From contig OZ242329.1 in assembly GCA_965208315.1 (NCBI GenBank), forward strand, positions 630,913-694,912: a DNA stretch of 64,000 bases, given 5' to 3'. Origin of the DNA: Chloroflexota bacterium. Lineage in GTDB: Bacteria > Chloroflexota > UBA11872 > VXOZ01. Made by a program: the position numbers and the translations under genes. This document shows, one piece after another, positions 50,285 through 60,435 of this stretch. Each line of letters opens with the position of its first letter. The stretch's first letter is position 1. The notes beneath the pieces are model-generated. The model had not been told where the DNA came from. It worked only from the letters and a program-made list of their open reading frames with translations, and made no database searches.

Positions 50285-51691
50285 CTAGCTGGTCGCATCC
50301 GAAAACATAGTGGTGTAATGGCGATACCAGTCACTCTGAATTCGCTCGTCCGGGTCGTAGCGCCGCTTTTGGCGGATAAACTCGGGAAATTGCGGGTAGC
50401 ACTGTTCCACCTGCGCACGTGTGGCGTGCCTGTGATAGGTCAGATAGTAGCTGCCGCCGTATTGGATCGCCCGGTCGATTAGGCGCCGGAAGGATGCCGC
50501 GGCGTGCTCTTTGCCTTCGGACGTGTGCGACACGTGCAGGTTGAAGATGATGCAGGCGAAGCTCTCGCGCGCCCAGGCCAGGAAACTCTCTTCATCACGC
50601 TCAACGAGGCGGATAGTGCCATAGACCACCTCGGTCTTGTGCCGCCGGAAATCCTCGCGGACAGCGTACATGAATTGCGCCAGAACATTGCGCGGCACGT
50701 AGATTTCGGTGATAACCTCCGTTGCGGGAGCAGGGGCGCGCAGGTGCTGATCGAGCATGCGGTGGTAGTTTTCCTCGTAGTAGCCGAGTTGATGCAAGTC
50801 CGACCAGTAGATCTGACCGTCCGTCGCAAGATAGTGGGCGACATACTCCTCGAACGCCTGCGGTTTGTTGGCATGAGCATAGAGGATCAAGCGCCGCCAA
50901 TCGTCGACGGATAGCTCCACTTGATCGCTGGGAATAGGCGTGTCCATAGAAATGGGTCGGTAGCAGGAAAACACTCCTCTTGTAAGATAGTTGACGGAAG
51001 AATCATCTATCGAATACTGAAAGTCACCATAGAGGAATCCCTCCTCGATGCGTTGCTCGAATGCAGACATGAGTTCTTCAATGTCAATGACACTGACGGC
51101 GCGGCGCAGTTTCTGCAGCGGCACAAGGCGGAGCGTGATACTATAGACGACGCCAAAGAGACCGTAGCCGCCGATGACGAGCCGAAAGAGGTCAGCGTTT
51201 TCATTCCGACTGCAGTTTCTAACGTGACCGTCGGCGTCAACGAGCACGAATGATTCGACATCGGTGATGATCGGTCGCATGCTGAGACCGCGGCCGTGTA
51301 CATTTGCCGCGAGTGCCCCGCCAATACTCATGCGGTCTCCGCCGGTCTGCTTTTGGGCGATCGCCCACTTCTGCGCGTGAGCGGCTCCGGCCTGCCGGCA
51401 GGCAGCGATGAGTTCCGGCCAGTAGATCCCCGCCTCGACCGTGATCAAGCCTGCTTCAGCGTCAAAATCCAACACCCGGTTCATTGGCACGGTATCCAGC
51501 AAGACCGTATCCGTGCCGAACTGCTGCGCTCCCATGGCGTGCCGTCCACCGGCGATGGAGAGTGACTTGCCCTCCCTCTGCGCCGCGGCTATTGCCGCCT
51601 GGATGGACTCCAGCGAATCCACTGGCGCGATACGCTCCACCGTGGTGGGATTGAGTTGCGAGTGCAGGTCGTTGACGAGTTCGCCAGACAT
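50285..51691 (-). CDS. FAD-binding oxidoreductase (PCMH-type, ALO/DprE1-like)
   Basis: GGRHAMG, SIGGALAANVHGRG, IGGYGLFG, GGSYYLTY and KRRYDP motifs. Confidence 0.88.
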   Translation of the reverse strand: MSGELVNDLHSQLNPTTVERIAPVDSLESIQAAIAAAQREGKSLSIAGGRHAMGAQQFGTDTVLLDTVPMNRVLDFDAEAGLITVEAGIYWPELIAACRQAGAAHAQKWAIAQKQTGGDRMSIGGALAANVHGRGLSMRPIITDVESFVLVDADGHVRNCSRNENADLFRLVIGGYGLFGVVYSITLRLVPLQKLRRAVSVIDIEELMSAFEQRIEEGFLYGDFQYSIDDSSVNYLTRGVFSCYRPISMDTPIPSDQVELSVDDWRRLILYAHANKPQAFEEYVAHYLATDGQIYWSDLHQLGYYEENYHRMLDQHLRAPAPATEVITEIYVPRNVLAQFMYAVREDFRRHKTEVVYGTIRLVERDEESFLAWARESFACIIFNLHVSHTSEGKEHAAASFRRLIDRAIQYGGSYYLTYHRHATRAQVEQCYPQFPEFIRQKRRYDPDERIQSDWYRHYTTMFSDATS

Positions 51692-51708
51692 CTTTGTCTA
51701 CTCTTTTC

Positions 51709-53217
51709 TTACTGGCTACCGCGCAGGAGTGTGGGAGAAAAATCAGGAATCTCGTCTACCAGCGGGAAGTAAGGGCGAGGGACTTTGTGATAGGTGAAGT
51801 GCTTGAGCGTTGGAGGCGTAGCGCCTGGCGTGTCCAAGACGAACTCGCCTTTCGCAATCTCATTGTACGTTTGGCGATAGTTCATGGGATTCTTTGCCAC
51901 GATGAATTTCGCGCCCTCGATGTCCATGTTCAGCGCGCGGAACTGCTCGTCGCGCCATTCGTAGGTGCCGTGAGTCGTAATCAGAATGCGAGCGCTGCCG
52001 CACTCGAGCACCGCCGAAGGCCCCATTTCCGCCCACGAGTGGGCCCAGATACCGCCGGTATATTGGAACTCGCCGTCGCTGAGCGCGCGGACAACGCCGG
52101 TCAAGGTCATGGGACTACCCCATTGGAGATCAATTTTGTGTCCCAGTGAAACCGTCACTGCATTGCCTTCGCCGGATTGGTGGCAGAGCGCAGCCGCTTC
52201 CGGATCGACCACCGTTATGATGGCAAACCCCTCGCTGAGGTCTTGCAGGGCGGGGATCGTGACCACGCTGTCGCCGGCCGCGCCGCCGCCCACGCAGTCG
52301 GCGCATTCCACCAGAATGATGGGGCCTCCTGGGATTTGCATTCCTTCGTTGACCGCTTCCACAGGTGTCAGCGTATCCGGCTCGAGGGCAAAACGCTTCT
52401 CCCACATGAGTTGCGCGATGTCGTTTGCCAGAGTAACGGCGAGCTCCTCATCCCCATCCGTAATCACCAGGCCGCCGCCGCCCATTTCCGGGACGTCAAG
52501 CGTCGCGTGGGCGTGAAACGCGCTGGTGGACAGTACTTCCGGTCGTTCTTCAAAAGACTTGGCCAGGCGCATCACGTCAGCAAAAGGGCCTTCACCCACA
52601 GTGCTCGCATTGATGGCGCTCGTGAGGATCGGCACCTTTGCCATGGCCATAGCCGGCCTGTGGGCGCCGTCGAGGATGCCGAGGATGAGCCTGGCGCCGC
52701 GCACGCCGGTGGTGAAGGGGTCTACGTGGGGATAGGTCTCCCAGGCTACCAGGCCGTCAGATTCGCGCATCATCTGCGTCGTGACGTTGGCATGCAGGTC
52801 GAGCGTGCCGATCACAGGCACGCCGGGCCCGACAACCTCGCGCGCCGCTGCGATTAGATCACCTTCCACGTCATCGATTTCAGTCGTAACCGCCGCGCCG
52901 TGGAGCGCCAAGAGGACGCCGTCCACCGGCAAAGCACTGGTGAGATCTGCAAGCAGGTCCGCTTTCAGTTGCGCGTAGCACTCTTGCGAAATTGGCCCAC
53001 CGGGATAGGCGCTTGCCACCACGAGCGGCACGATGTCGGCGGTGTGTTCCCGCAAGGTATGCAACATGCCGCCGACGGCGCCGCCTTCAATTGACATAAC
53101 GTCTTGACCGCGCGCAAGCTGGCTGCGGGCGAACTCGGCGTGTTCAATGAGCTTACCCCCAAATTGGTTACACTCGGTCAAGATTGAGCCGACGGCTACC
53201 CGATGCGATCGCTTCAT
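51709..53217 (-). CDS. M81 family metallopeptidase (MlrC-like)
   Basis: TECNQF, LALHGA, TLDLHAN and YPHVD motifs. Confidence 0.9.
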   Translation of the reverse strand: MKRSHRVAVGSILTECNQFGGKLIEHAEFARSQLARGQDVMSIEGGAVGGMLHTLREHTADIVPLVVASAYPGGPISQECYAQLKADLLADLTSALPVDGVLLALHGAAVTTEIDDVEGDLIAAAREVVGPGVPVIGTLDLHANVTTQMMRESDGLVAWETYPHVDPFTTGVRGARLILGILDGAHRPAMAMAKVPILTSAINASTVGEGPFADVMRLAKSFEERPEVLSTSAFHAHATLDVPEMGGGGLVITDGDEELAVTLANDIAQLMWEKRFALEPDTLTPVEAVNEGMQIPGGPIILVECADCVGGGAAGDSVVTIPALQDLSEGFAIITVVDPEAAALCHQSGEGNAVTVSLGHKIDLQWGSPMTLTGVVRALSDGEFQYTGGIWAHSWAEMGPSAVLECGSARILITTHGTYEWRDEQFRALNMDIEGAKFIVAKNPMNYRQTYNEIAKGEFVLDTPGATPPTLKHFTYHKVPRPYFPLVDEIPDFSPTLLRGSQ

Positions 53218-53253
53218 AGTGGTGTCTCCGCTGTTGAGAAAGCAACGACTACG

Positions 53254-53287
53254 GGAAGACAGAGGCTTTCTGAAGCCCCTGTCTTCC
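53254..53287. terminator. Hairpin immediately after the threonine-synthase-like gene
   Basis: GGAAGACAGAGGCTT-TCTG-AAGCCCCTGTCTTCC; no strong U-tract. Confidence 0.4.
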
Positions 53288-54538
53288 TTACAGTTCCATA
53301 ACGTCCGCTAGCGCGGCAATACTCGGCTGCTCCAAGTGGGGAGCGGCCGGCACAATCTGGTTAATCACGTCCGGCCACTTGACGCCCGAACCGGTGATGA
53401 CACAGACGACGGTTTCACCAGGTGTGAAGTACCCCTCACCGTGGAGTCGCAGCAGGCTGGCGATCGTGGCAAGCGAGGCGCTTTCGAAGAAGAACCCTCG
53501 GTTAGCCATCCGATGTATGGCTTGGCGTAATTCGTCTTCGGTAACCGCCGTAGCGGTGCCGCCTGAGTCATAGAGTGCGCGCAGCGCGTGCACACCGCAG
53601 CGTCCTTCGATTATTGACGTGGCTAGGGAGTCCGGTTCCGGCTGTACTTTGATTTCATCGCTTTCATTCAACAACGCGTGCAATAGCGGATGGGTCGCCT
53701 CGGTCTGGCAGCCCACCATGCGCGGCAGGCGGTCTATCAGTCCCATGTCCCGCAGGTCATTCAAACCGCGCCAAATGCCGTAGAGGCTGTCGCCACCGCC
53801 CGTAGGCACGAGGATGGCATCCGGCGCTTTACCGAGGGAACTCGCGATTTCGTAGCCTATGGTCTTGTAGCCTGTGACGCCATAGGGACTTGCGAGCGGA
53901 TTGGGGTCTGAAGAACCAACGGGCAACCAGCCGTGATCTTCAACGAGTTGCCGCATCATCTTGCCGATTTCAGGCTTTGGCATTGTTACAACAGACGCGC
54001 CATGAATCTGCATCACGCGGCGCAGCAGTTCCGACGAGGTGGGGTAGCCTATGATAAGCGCGCGCAGTCCTGCCAATGCCGCATACGCCGCCACGGCCTG
54101 TCCGGCGTTGCCGGTGGACGACGCCACGACTTTTGTATGGCCGAGTTGACGCGCCATGGTGATGTTTACGGCGGCGTGGCGGTCCTTGAACGACCACGTG
54201 GGGTTCATGGTCTCGTTCTTGACATAAACATCCAGGCCAAGCGCGTCACTCAGGTCATCGAGAAACGTGAGCGGTGTGCCGCCTTCATCGAGGCTCAGCG
54301 GGTTGTCTGCTGCAGGGAGCAAGTCGCCATATCGCCAGATATTGTGCTGCGGCCCGGCATCCCATGCCTTTTGGAATTCGGCAGGCACGCCATCTGCCAG
54401 GTTAACCTGAAAGTCCAACGGACCTTGCCGGCCCGCCTCAAAGCAGCTCGGACAGCCAAATGTGTATGTCCCAATCGCATACCGCTCGTCGCACCGCACG
54501 CACTGCAACCATTGCATTTCTGTATCAACCGCCGTCAC
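53288..54538 (-). CDS. Threonine synthase-like PLP-dependent enzyme
   Basis: N-terminal CxxC...CxxC, EGGTPL, NPTWSFKDR, SSTGNAG and ITGSGVK motifs. Confidence 0.87.
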   Translation of the reverse strand: MTAVDTEMQWLQCVRCDERYAIGTYTFGCPSCFEAGRQGPLDFQVNLADGVPAEFQKAWDAGPQHNIWRYGDLLPAADNPLSLDEGGTPLTFLDDLSDALGLDVYVKNETMNPTWSFKDRHAAVNITMARQLGHTKVVASSTGNAGQAVAAYAALAGLRALIIGYPTSSELLRRVMQIHGASVVTMPKPEIGKMMRQLVEDHGWLPVGSSDPNPLASPYGVTGYKTIGYEIASSLGKAPDAILVPTGGGDSLYGIWRGLNDLRDMGLIDRLPRMVGCQTEATHPLLHALLNESDEIKVQPEPDSLATSIIEGRCGVHALRALYDSGGTATAVTEDELRQAIHRMANRGFFFESASLATIASLLRLHGEGYFTPGETVVCVITGSGVKWPDVINQIVPAAPHLEQPSIAALADVMEL

Positions 54539-54591
54539 CCAACTTCCCTTTCATAGTTTACTCCTACTGAACGGCCAGCCCCTTTAGGATA

Positions 54592-56043
54592 CTACCCGCG
54601 CGCCAAGCGGAGAAAGCTCTCACGGCCGTCGCGAAAAAGCTGTTGCATCCGCTGACGGTGGACAGCTTCCTCGAAGCGCCCCTTTTCTGTGATCCACTGT
54701 AGCGAGCGCTCGATCCTGTTGACGAAGAATTGTGCCGACTTCCTCGTCGCAGAGTCTTTGCTGCCGGTCTTCAAGTAAACCGGGCTCGTGTGGGCCCATT
54801 GGGCATGGCCGTAGCTATCGCGGCTCTTGCCGGAGCAGCGCGCCGCAATCCACCCGTCGTTCGGCGCGGCTACCGTTGCGCTGAGTTTGCCCTCTGTGCT
54901 CCCGCTTGCGGTCTGCTCGCCTGCAACGACAGTGCCGTTCATGATGATTTCCACACTCTCTATGGGTCGGTGCGCCTGCCAGCGGACCTCAGCACTCACT
55001 TGCTTCGGCTGGCGTGTGTGGAGATCAAGAGACTTGCCTGGCGAGCATCCTTCAACTTTGAGTTCGAGCACCGGTCCGTTCGTGATGTACGAGCGACCGG
55101 CCCGCAGTGTCTCAAGCCAGCGGTCGTAAGTGAATGAGTCTTCCAGGTGCGTGTAAACGCGATTTGCCGAGCAGATGTACCAGTCGGAGCCTGTGCTTGC
55201 GGGCAGGCGAAAGCCACAGTTCAAGAGGTGGTACCAGAGATCGTATTCTGTATCGAGCCAGTATGGGTCGAAGAGGTTGAGCGCATCAATTCGGTTGAGG
55301 GAAGCGGCAATCGGCGCCTCCATACCCCAACCGTTGTGGCACCAGATTACCACGCCGCCTTGCGCTCGCGCCGCATCGCAGGCATCCAAGAGAGGCGGAT
55401 AGTCGGGATCGGAATCGTCCACGAGTACACCGCGGCTGAGGGGATCAACCTGTTCGTTCAGGCGCACGAGCATCACGTGGCCGTAGCCGGAACTGCTATC
55501 GCCCAGCACGGCATTGTGCCGAGTCTCTTCACCAACGTCGAGCACCCAGTGCGGTCTGGTAGGATGCACCATTTCGCCAACCGGAAAGCGGTTGGTGGCG
55601 TAGGCGAATTCCTGTTGTTGGAGGATGCTGATGACGGTGACAGTCAGGTCTTCAACTTCTGAATCAAAGCGGAGCCGTTCCTCGGGACGGGTCTCAAATT
55701 CGCGGTAATGAATGTGCGTATTACCGGGATACCAGCCCTGTTCGTTGAGACTGATCCAGCACTGCAGCGGAAGTGAGAGGTTGACGATTCCCTTCAAGGG
55801 CACTTTGACCGTAAGGTGCAAGGGCGCGTACTCCGTACCCCGTTCCACTCTAACGTCCGCTTGCCCGCGTGGGAGATCGACTACAAACGTCCCGTCAGCA
55901 TAGAAGAAAGGATTGGTCGTTCCTACAGTCTCGATTGCGCCTTCGGGGGCGTGAAAAAGACCGCCGCTGCCCTGCACGGATACTTTTGCAGCGAGCGGAT
56001 TGCCGCTCGGGGCGTCGACAATTGTGCCGGCGAGAGTTCCCAC
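54592..56043 (-). CDS. CehA/McbA family metallohydrolase
   Basis: GWYPGNTHIH, GEETRH, WYHLLNCG, ASTGSD, TNGP and AHTSPVY motifs. Confidence 0.85.
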   Translation of the reverse strand: MGTLAGTIVDAPSGNPLAAKVSVQGSGGLFHAPEGAIETVGTTNPFFYADGTFVVDLPRGQADVRVERGTEYAPLHLTVKVPLKGIVNLSLPLQCWISLNEQGWYPGNTHIHYREFETRPEERLRFDSEVEDLTVTVISILQQQEFAYATNRFPVGEMVHPTRPHWVLDVGEETRHNAVLGDSSSGYGHVMLVRLNEQVDPLSRGVLVDDSDPDYPPLLDACDAARAQGGVVIWCHNGWGMEAPIAASLNRIDALNLFDPYWLDTEYDLWYHLLNCGFRLPASTGSDWYICSANRVYTHLEDSFTYDRWLETLRAGRSYITNGPVLELKVEGCSPGKSLDLHTRQPKQVSAEVRWQAHRPIESVEIIMNGTVVAGEQTASGSTEGKLSATVAAPNDGWIAARCSGKSRDSYGHAQWAHTSPVYLKTGSKDSATRKSAQFFVNRIERSLQWITEKGRFEEAVHRQRMQQLFRDGRESFLRLARG

Positions 56044-56205
56044 GGTGCTCGGCCCCCAAGGGGATGTGAAGGGAGTTGTCGTGGCCTATCCAAGAAGCTG
56101 CGAATTCTTCAAGCGGCACTGCGCCTGAGCGATTGCATGCGGGCATAGACTGGGAAAACAGTCAGGTACCGGACTTTAGACCTGCGACTGTCAGGCCTTG
56201 CCACC

Positions 56206-57111
56206 CTATGCCGCGAGCACGGTCTCGTTTACTTGCCGGTTGGTCGCCACCCAGCAACCACCGGGTTTATCAAGCGCCCGGCGCAGCACGGTGTCAAGCA
56301 TATCACAGTGCGGGTCGCGGGCCGCGAGGTAAGAGGGATGCGCGAGGAGACTATAGATCTGGCCGTGCTCGTGTGCATGGTCCACGGCAACCGTCGTGAG
56401 GTGGATGTACTCCCAGCGGTCCAGGTCCAATGAGCGAAAGGCAATAGCGTCGCTCAAGCCCATCATGGGGATTTCCGGCAGGCCGCTGGGATAGCGGTAG
56501 GGTTGGAGAGCGTCGAGGCTGTGGCGCACGGCGGCTTCCATGTCCCCGCGCGGCGGATGCCACGTGCGCTCGGTGGGGCACCTGTAGTGCGCGGAGGCGA
56601 AGCGAAATCCTTCTTCCTGGAGCAGCGATTGCACGGCGGGGACATCTTCCAAGCCGTTGGGGAACGCCCCCGGTGTGCGAAAGCCGCTCGTCTCAACGCC
56701 CAGCCGCCGGCTCAGGCCGATGGTCGTCTGCCTAATCTCATGGCGCAAACACTCGAGTGGAGAGAGGCCGCCCGCGCGCCACGGCGCCTCTCTATACGAG
56801 GAGTGGAGGTTCTCTACGCGTTGCGCCTTGACGTTGCTGTGCCGGTACGTGTGGTTGTCGAGGGCGTGCCCTTCTGCGACCAGGCGCTTGAGGTAGTCAA
56901 CGTCGGGGTCTTCCAACGCGCTGCCCACGATGAAGAACTGGAATTTGACGTCGTATTTGTTTGCTACATCCAGCATTGTGTGAACGTACTGCTTCACGTG
57001 GGGATCGATCGCGCCATAGTCAGCGTAATCGGACGTCCAATACGGGAAGTTGTAGGACATCTCGATATCGAACGTCAGGCTCAGACAGAATTGCGCGCCG
57101 TTCGGGTACAT
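56206..57111 (-). CDS. Polysaccharide deacetylase family protein
   Basis: LTFDIE, NHTYRH, GFRTPG and LAHP motifs. Confidence 0.87.
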   Translation of the reverse strand: MYPNGAQFCLSLTFDIEMSYNFPYWTSDYADYGAIDPHVKQYVHTMLDVANKYDVKFQFFIVGSALEDPDVDYLKRLVAEGHALDNHTYRHSNVKAQRVENLHSSYREAPWRAGGLSPLECLRHEIRQTTIGLSRRLGVETSGFRTPGAFPNGLEDVPAVQSLLQEEGFRFASAHYRCPTERTWHPPRGDMEAAVRHSLDALQPYRYPSGLPEIPMMGLSDAIAFRSLDLDRWEYIHLTTVAVDHAHEHGQIYSLLAHPSYLAARDPHCDMLDTVLRRALDKPGGCWVATNRQVNETVLAA

Positions 57112-57184
57112 GCTTCTACAAACCTCGCCTTAGTGTTGGAATTAAGGGGTTGCTGTTACGTCCATTCAAGCCACGCGCCTGTTC

Positions 57185-57285
57185 CGTTCGGCCTGAGCTT
57201 GTCGAAGGCTGAACAGAAAGTACAGCGCTGAATTCGCTTAGATTGGCACCAGCCGTTCATGCTTCGACAGGCTCAGCACGAACGG
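57185..57285. repeat. REP-like doublet, family 1
   Basis: CCGTTCGGCCTGAGCTTGTCGAAGG ... GCTTCGACAGGCTCAGCACGAACGG as an inverted pair. Confidence 0.85.
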
Positions 57286-57448
57286 TTTTCCTTCACTCTG
57301 TATTTGGCCTACCGCTGAATTCCCCAAATGCGATTGCTCTGGCTGTACGCGAGATTGAGACCGCATTAGTTGCCGTCCCTGAAAAAGAACAGGTCAACCC
57401 TTTGCTGCCCCATCCCGCCTAGCTGGACTCCCCATAACGCGTCGGGCC

Positions 57449-58720
57449 CTATGCCCGATACCGATCCGTCACCTTTGCGAGGATCGTGGCCATGTCCTCG
57501 ACGTCTTGGTCGGTGTACTTGTCCGTCCAATTCCAGCGGATGGTCGTGTCCACGTGCTCTTTGGCGATAGGCACCATGTCGGCGCTGTACTCGATGTCCT
57601 TGGCGAACTCGTTCATGGGGTGGTCCCACGGCCACTGCGATTCGCCAGCCACCGTCGTCTTGGTGTGCAGGAACGTGTGGCTGTCGGGCACCAGTTGCCA
57701 GGGGCCGGGCTCGGCTCTTGTCAGGCCCTCGGCAATGAGGGCGTCGGACAGATCCCAGAGGTCGCAGGTGAAGGCATCCGGGTCCACGTGCAAGTAGTAG
57801 TACCAGTAGATGTGATCTGCGCCTTCAGGGATGTACGGCGGGGTCAGCCCGGGGATATCTTCTTCAATGCGCAAGCTTAGGGCAGCCGCAGTCTCGCGGC
57901 GGCGCTGATTCTGCCCTTCGAGAATGTGGAGCATGCCGAGCACGAACGCCGCTTCCAGTTCGCCAAAACGCATGTTCAGGCCAAAGCGAACGTGCTTGCG
58001 GCCATACCGCTCCTCCCGGACTCCACCGCGGCTCACGCCAAAGAGGTACACGCGGTCGGCAATGTCCTTGTTGTCCGTAAGCAGCGCACCGCCGTGGCCG
58101 CCGGAGAGATGCTTTTCAGCGTCGAATGAGAACGCGCCCACGTCGCCCAAGGTACCGGCATTGCGGCCCTTGTACTTCGCCAGCGGCGCTTGGCACACGT
58201 CCTCAATCAGGAGGATGTCGTGCTTCTTCGCCAGCGCCACGATATCGTCCATGGGGCAGAGCAGCCCGTACCAGTGGACGGCGATGATGGCCGCGGTGCG
58301 CTCCGAGATGACCTTCTCGATGGTCTCGGCGGTAACATTGCCGGTGCGAATATCCACGTCCGGGAAGATGGGAATCGCGCCCTGCGCCATGATGCCGGCC
58401 ACGGAACCAAGGTCGGTGATGGGGTTCACGATGACTTCTTTGCCCGGCCCGATGTCCATCGCCGCGATGATAGTGTGCAGCGTGGCCGTGCAATTGGCGA
58501 GGGAGACGCAGTACTTCGCGCCGTTGACCTCGGCAAACTCCTGCTCAAAACGCGGCAAGTAGCCGGAAGTCAAGCCCTTCTCAAGTACTTCCCTAATGTT
58601 GTCGTAAGATTCCTGCGGCACGTCGCGGGGGAAGATTCCGGGCAGTGGGTCGTCCTCCGACCGCACCGGCGTCCCACCCTCAATCGCGAGGCGTGTATCA
58701 ACGGGGGTCTTGATGGCCAT
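57449..58720 (-). CDS. DegT/DnrJ/EryC1/StrS family PLP aminotransferase
   Basis: IEDVCQA and FSFDAEKHLSGGHGG (catalytic Lys) motifs. Confidence 0.9.
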   Translation of the reverse strand: MAIKTPVDTRLAIEGGTPVRSEDDPLPGIFPRDVPQESYDNIREVLEKGLTSGYLPRFEQEFAEVNGAKYCVSLANCTATLHTIIAAMDIGPGKEVIVNPITDLGSVAGIMAQGAIPIFPDVDIRTGNVTAETIEKVISERTAAIIAVHWYGLLCPMDDIVALAKKHDILLIEDVCQAPLAKYKGRNAGTLGDVGAFSFDAEKHLSGGHGGALLTDNKDIADRVYLFGVSRGGVREERYGRKHVRFGLNMRFGELEAAFVLGMLHILEGQNQRRRETAAALSLRIEEDIPGLTPPYIPEGADHIYWYYYLHVDPDAFTCDLWDLSDALIAEGLTRAEPGPWQLVPDSHTFLHTKTTVAGESQWPWDHPMNEFAKDIEYSADMVPIAKEHVDTTIRWNWTDKYTDQDVEDMATILAKVTDRYRA

Positions 58721-58777
58721 GGCTTATGCTCCTTCTCCAGAACTCATCTCATACAATTATCGCTTTGCGCAGATTTG

Positions 58778-58862
58778 CCCTTCGACAGGCTCAGGGCGAA
58801 CGGTTTGGGGTCCGTGCAAGTGTCTTGCTCATCCGTTAGTGCTGAGCTTGTCGTAGCACGAA
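58778..58862. repeat. REP-like doublet, family 1
   Basis: CCCTTCGACAGGCTCAGGGCGAACGG ... CCGTTAGTGCTGAGCTTGTCGTAG. Confidence 0.85.
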
Positions 58863-58903
58863 TCAACATGGCGAGCCTGACTATGGGATAGCTTCTATTC
58901 GTA

Positions 58904-58942
58904 GTAGTGACAGGCACCAAATCTCGCGGTGCCCGTCACTAC
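58904..58942 (-). terminator. Hairpin downstream of the solute-binding protein gene
   Basis: GTAGTGACAGGCACC-AAATCTCGC-GGTGCCCGTCACTAC. Confidence 0.5.
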
Positions 58943-58970
58943 ACTGAAAGTCGTTGAACTTGGTGGCAGC

Positions 58971-60365
58971 TTAGCAGATGCAGCCACCCTCTTGCAGCGC
59001 GATTGCCGAAACCTGTTGGGCCTCAGCGATGGCCTCCGCTACGGTCTTTTCACCCGCTTCCATCTGTCCCCAAAGCTCCGCCCATGCGCCGTTGATGTCG
59101 GCCTGTCTTACCGCCTGGCGCAGGGGAATGCTGACATCAGCAATCGCCTTGTACGTTTCCGGCTTCTCGAAGGGATATTGCACAGCAGGCGTGTAGGTGC
59201 GGTTGGGCGGGAAGCGGCCGCCGCCCAGGTTTGCCCAGTCCGGTTGCACCTCTTCACTGATGAGGTACTTGTATAGGTCCCACGTCGCATCCGGCTGCGG
59301 CGAACTGCGGGCGATCCAAAAGGCATTGATCAACAACGGCGTGCCGCGACCGGCAGGTCCCAGCGGGACGTTTGCCAAATCGACGTTGAAAGGCGTTTGC
59401 CCCTCAACAATCTCCTGGTTGATGGTCCGCGTGTACCAAGGTCCGGTCAGGACCATGCCGAGTTTCTGCTCGGTAAAGTTCGGCGCAACGTCGGTTTCCT
59501 TCCGGGCGAGCGGCGGGTGCACCTGATGCTTGACGACGTGGTCCAGCACGGTTTGCACGGCCTCGGCTGCCTCGGGGGAATCTATGGCAGGCGCGGTAAA
59601 GTCCTCGTTCCACCAGCCAGCGCCCCAAGACTTCAACGCGATCACGATGCTGGAATGGGCGTTGCCATTGAAACTCAGACCCCAGCGCGTCACGTTCGTG
59701 CCCTCGCGGGTAGTCAGTTTTGTTGCCAGTTCGGTAAGGGTGTCCCAGTTCAGGTTGCCCGCGGCGTCCAAGTCGGCCGGAGACGTCAGTCCCTCGTTGG
59801 TCATCATGTCGTCGTTGTACCAAATGGACCGGGCGCCAAGGAACCAGGCTATGCCGTACAAATTGCCGCCAATCCGCTCTAGGGCGCCTTCGTAATACTC
59901 AGAGAGATCGACGTCAGCATCCTTCGCGATGAAGGGATCGAGCGGCTGGATGATGTCCGCGGTAGCAAATTGGCTGATGTAGCCGAACCAGCCATAGTAC
60001 ATGTCATACGGAATGCCCGCGGCGCTGGCTGCCACGGCTTTCTCCGCCACCGCAGTCAACGGCCAAGTTACGATGTCCAGCTCGACTTTGACATCGGGAT
60101 TGCGCTCTTCATAGCGACCGAGGACCGCGCCGTAGGTTTCGTCCCACACTTCCTGCTGCGTAGTGAAGTGCATGTACTTGATGATCGCCGGCTCCATTGC
60201 CTCCGGCGCCGCCGTCGGCTCCGGTTCAGGCTCCTCTTTGGTTTCGGGCGCGTCTGCGGGAGCGGGAGCCACCTGGCCGCAAGCTGCCAGGAAAACTCCA
60301 AATACACCTAGACTTGCCGTGCCGGCCAAGAGAGACCGACGGGAGAATCGCTCTGCAGTTCGCAT
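58971..60365 (-). CDS. Extracellular solute-binding lipoprotein, sugar ABC-type (paralogue A)
   Basis: SRRSLL twin-arginine-like signal, LAAC lipobox, Pro/Ala/Glu linker, WYN and GPW motifs. Confidence 0.9.
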   Translation of the reverse strand: MRTAERFSRRSLLAGTASLGVFGVFLAACGQVAPAPADAPETKEEPEPEPTAAPEAMEPAIIKYMHFTTQQEVWDETYGAVLGRYEERNPDVKVELDIVTWPLTAVAEKAVAASAAGIPYDMYYGWFGYISQFATADIIQPLDPFIAKDADVDLSEYYEGALERIGGNLYGIAWFLGARSIWYNDDMMTNEGLTSPADLDAAGNLNWDTLTELATKLTTREGTNVTRWGLSFNGNAHSSIVIALKSWGAGWWNEDFTAPAIDSPEAAEAVQTVLDHVVKHQVHPPLARKETDVAPNFTEQKLGMVLTGPWYTRTINQEIVEGQTPFNVDLANVPLGPAGRGTPLLINAFWIARSSPQPDATWDLYKYLISEEVQPDWANLGGGRFPPNRTYTPAVQYPFEKPETYKAIADVSIPLRQAVRQADINGAWAELWGQMEAGEKTVAEAIAEAQQVSAIALQEGGCIC

Positions 60366-60404
60366 AATGCTCTCCTTGCCATTATTCGCGGCGAAACTGA
60401 CTGA

Positions 60405-60435
60405 AGTGTACCCCCCCCCTCTTTCTTGCTGTCAA
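60405..60435 (-). promoter_or_regulatory. Putative sigma70 promoter with a G9 tract in a 19-bp spacer
   Basis: Minus strand TTGACA-gcaagaaagaGGGGGGGGG-TACACT. Confidence 0.65.

Noticed and set aside
53288-54538. Assigning the symbol thrC
   Set aside because: The family is clear, but the catabolic context suggests a paralogue; true threonine synthase activity is unsupported.
9640-58862. Repeats as a possible CRISPR array
   Set aside because: The copies are dispersed and inverted, with no regular repeat-spacer period and no cas genes.
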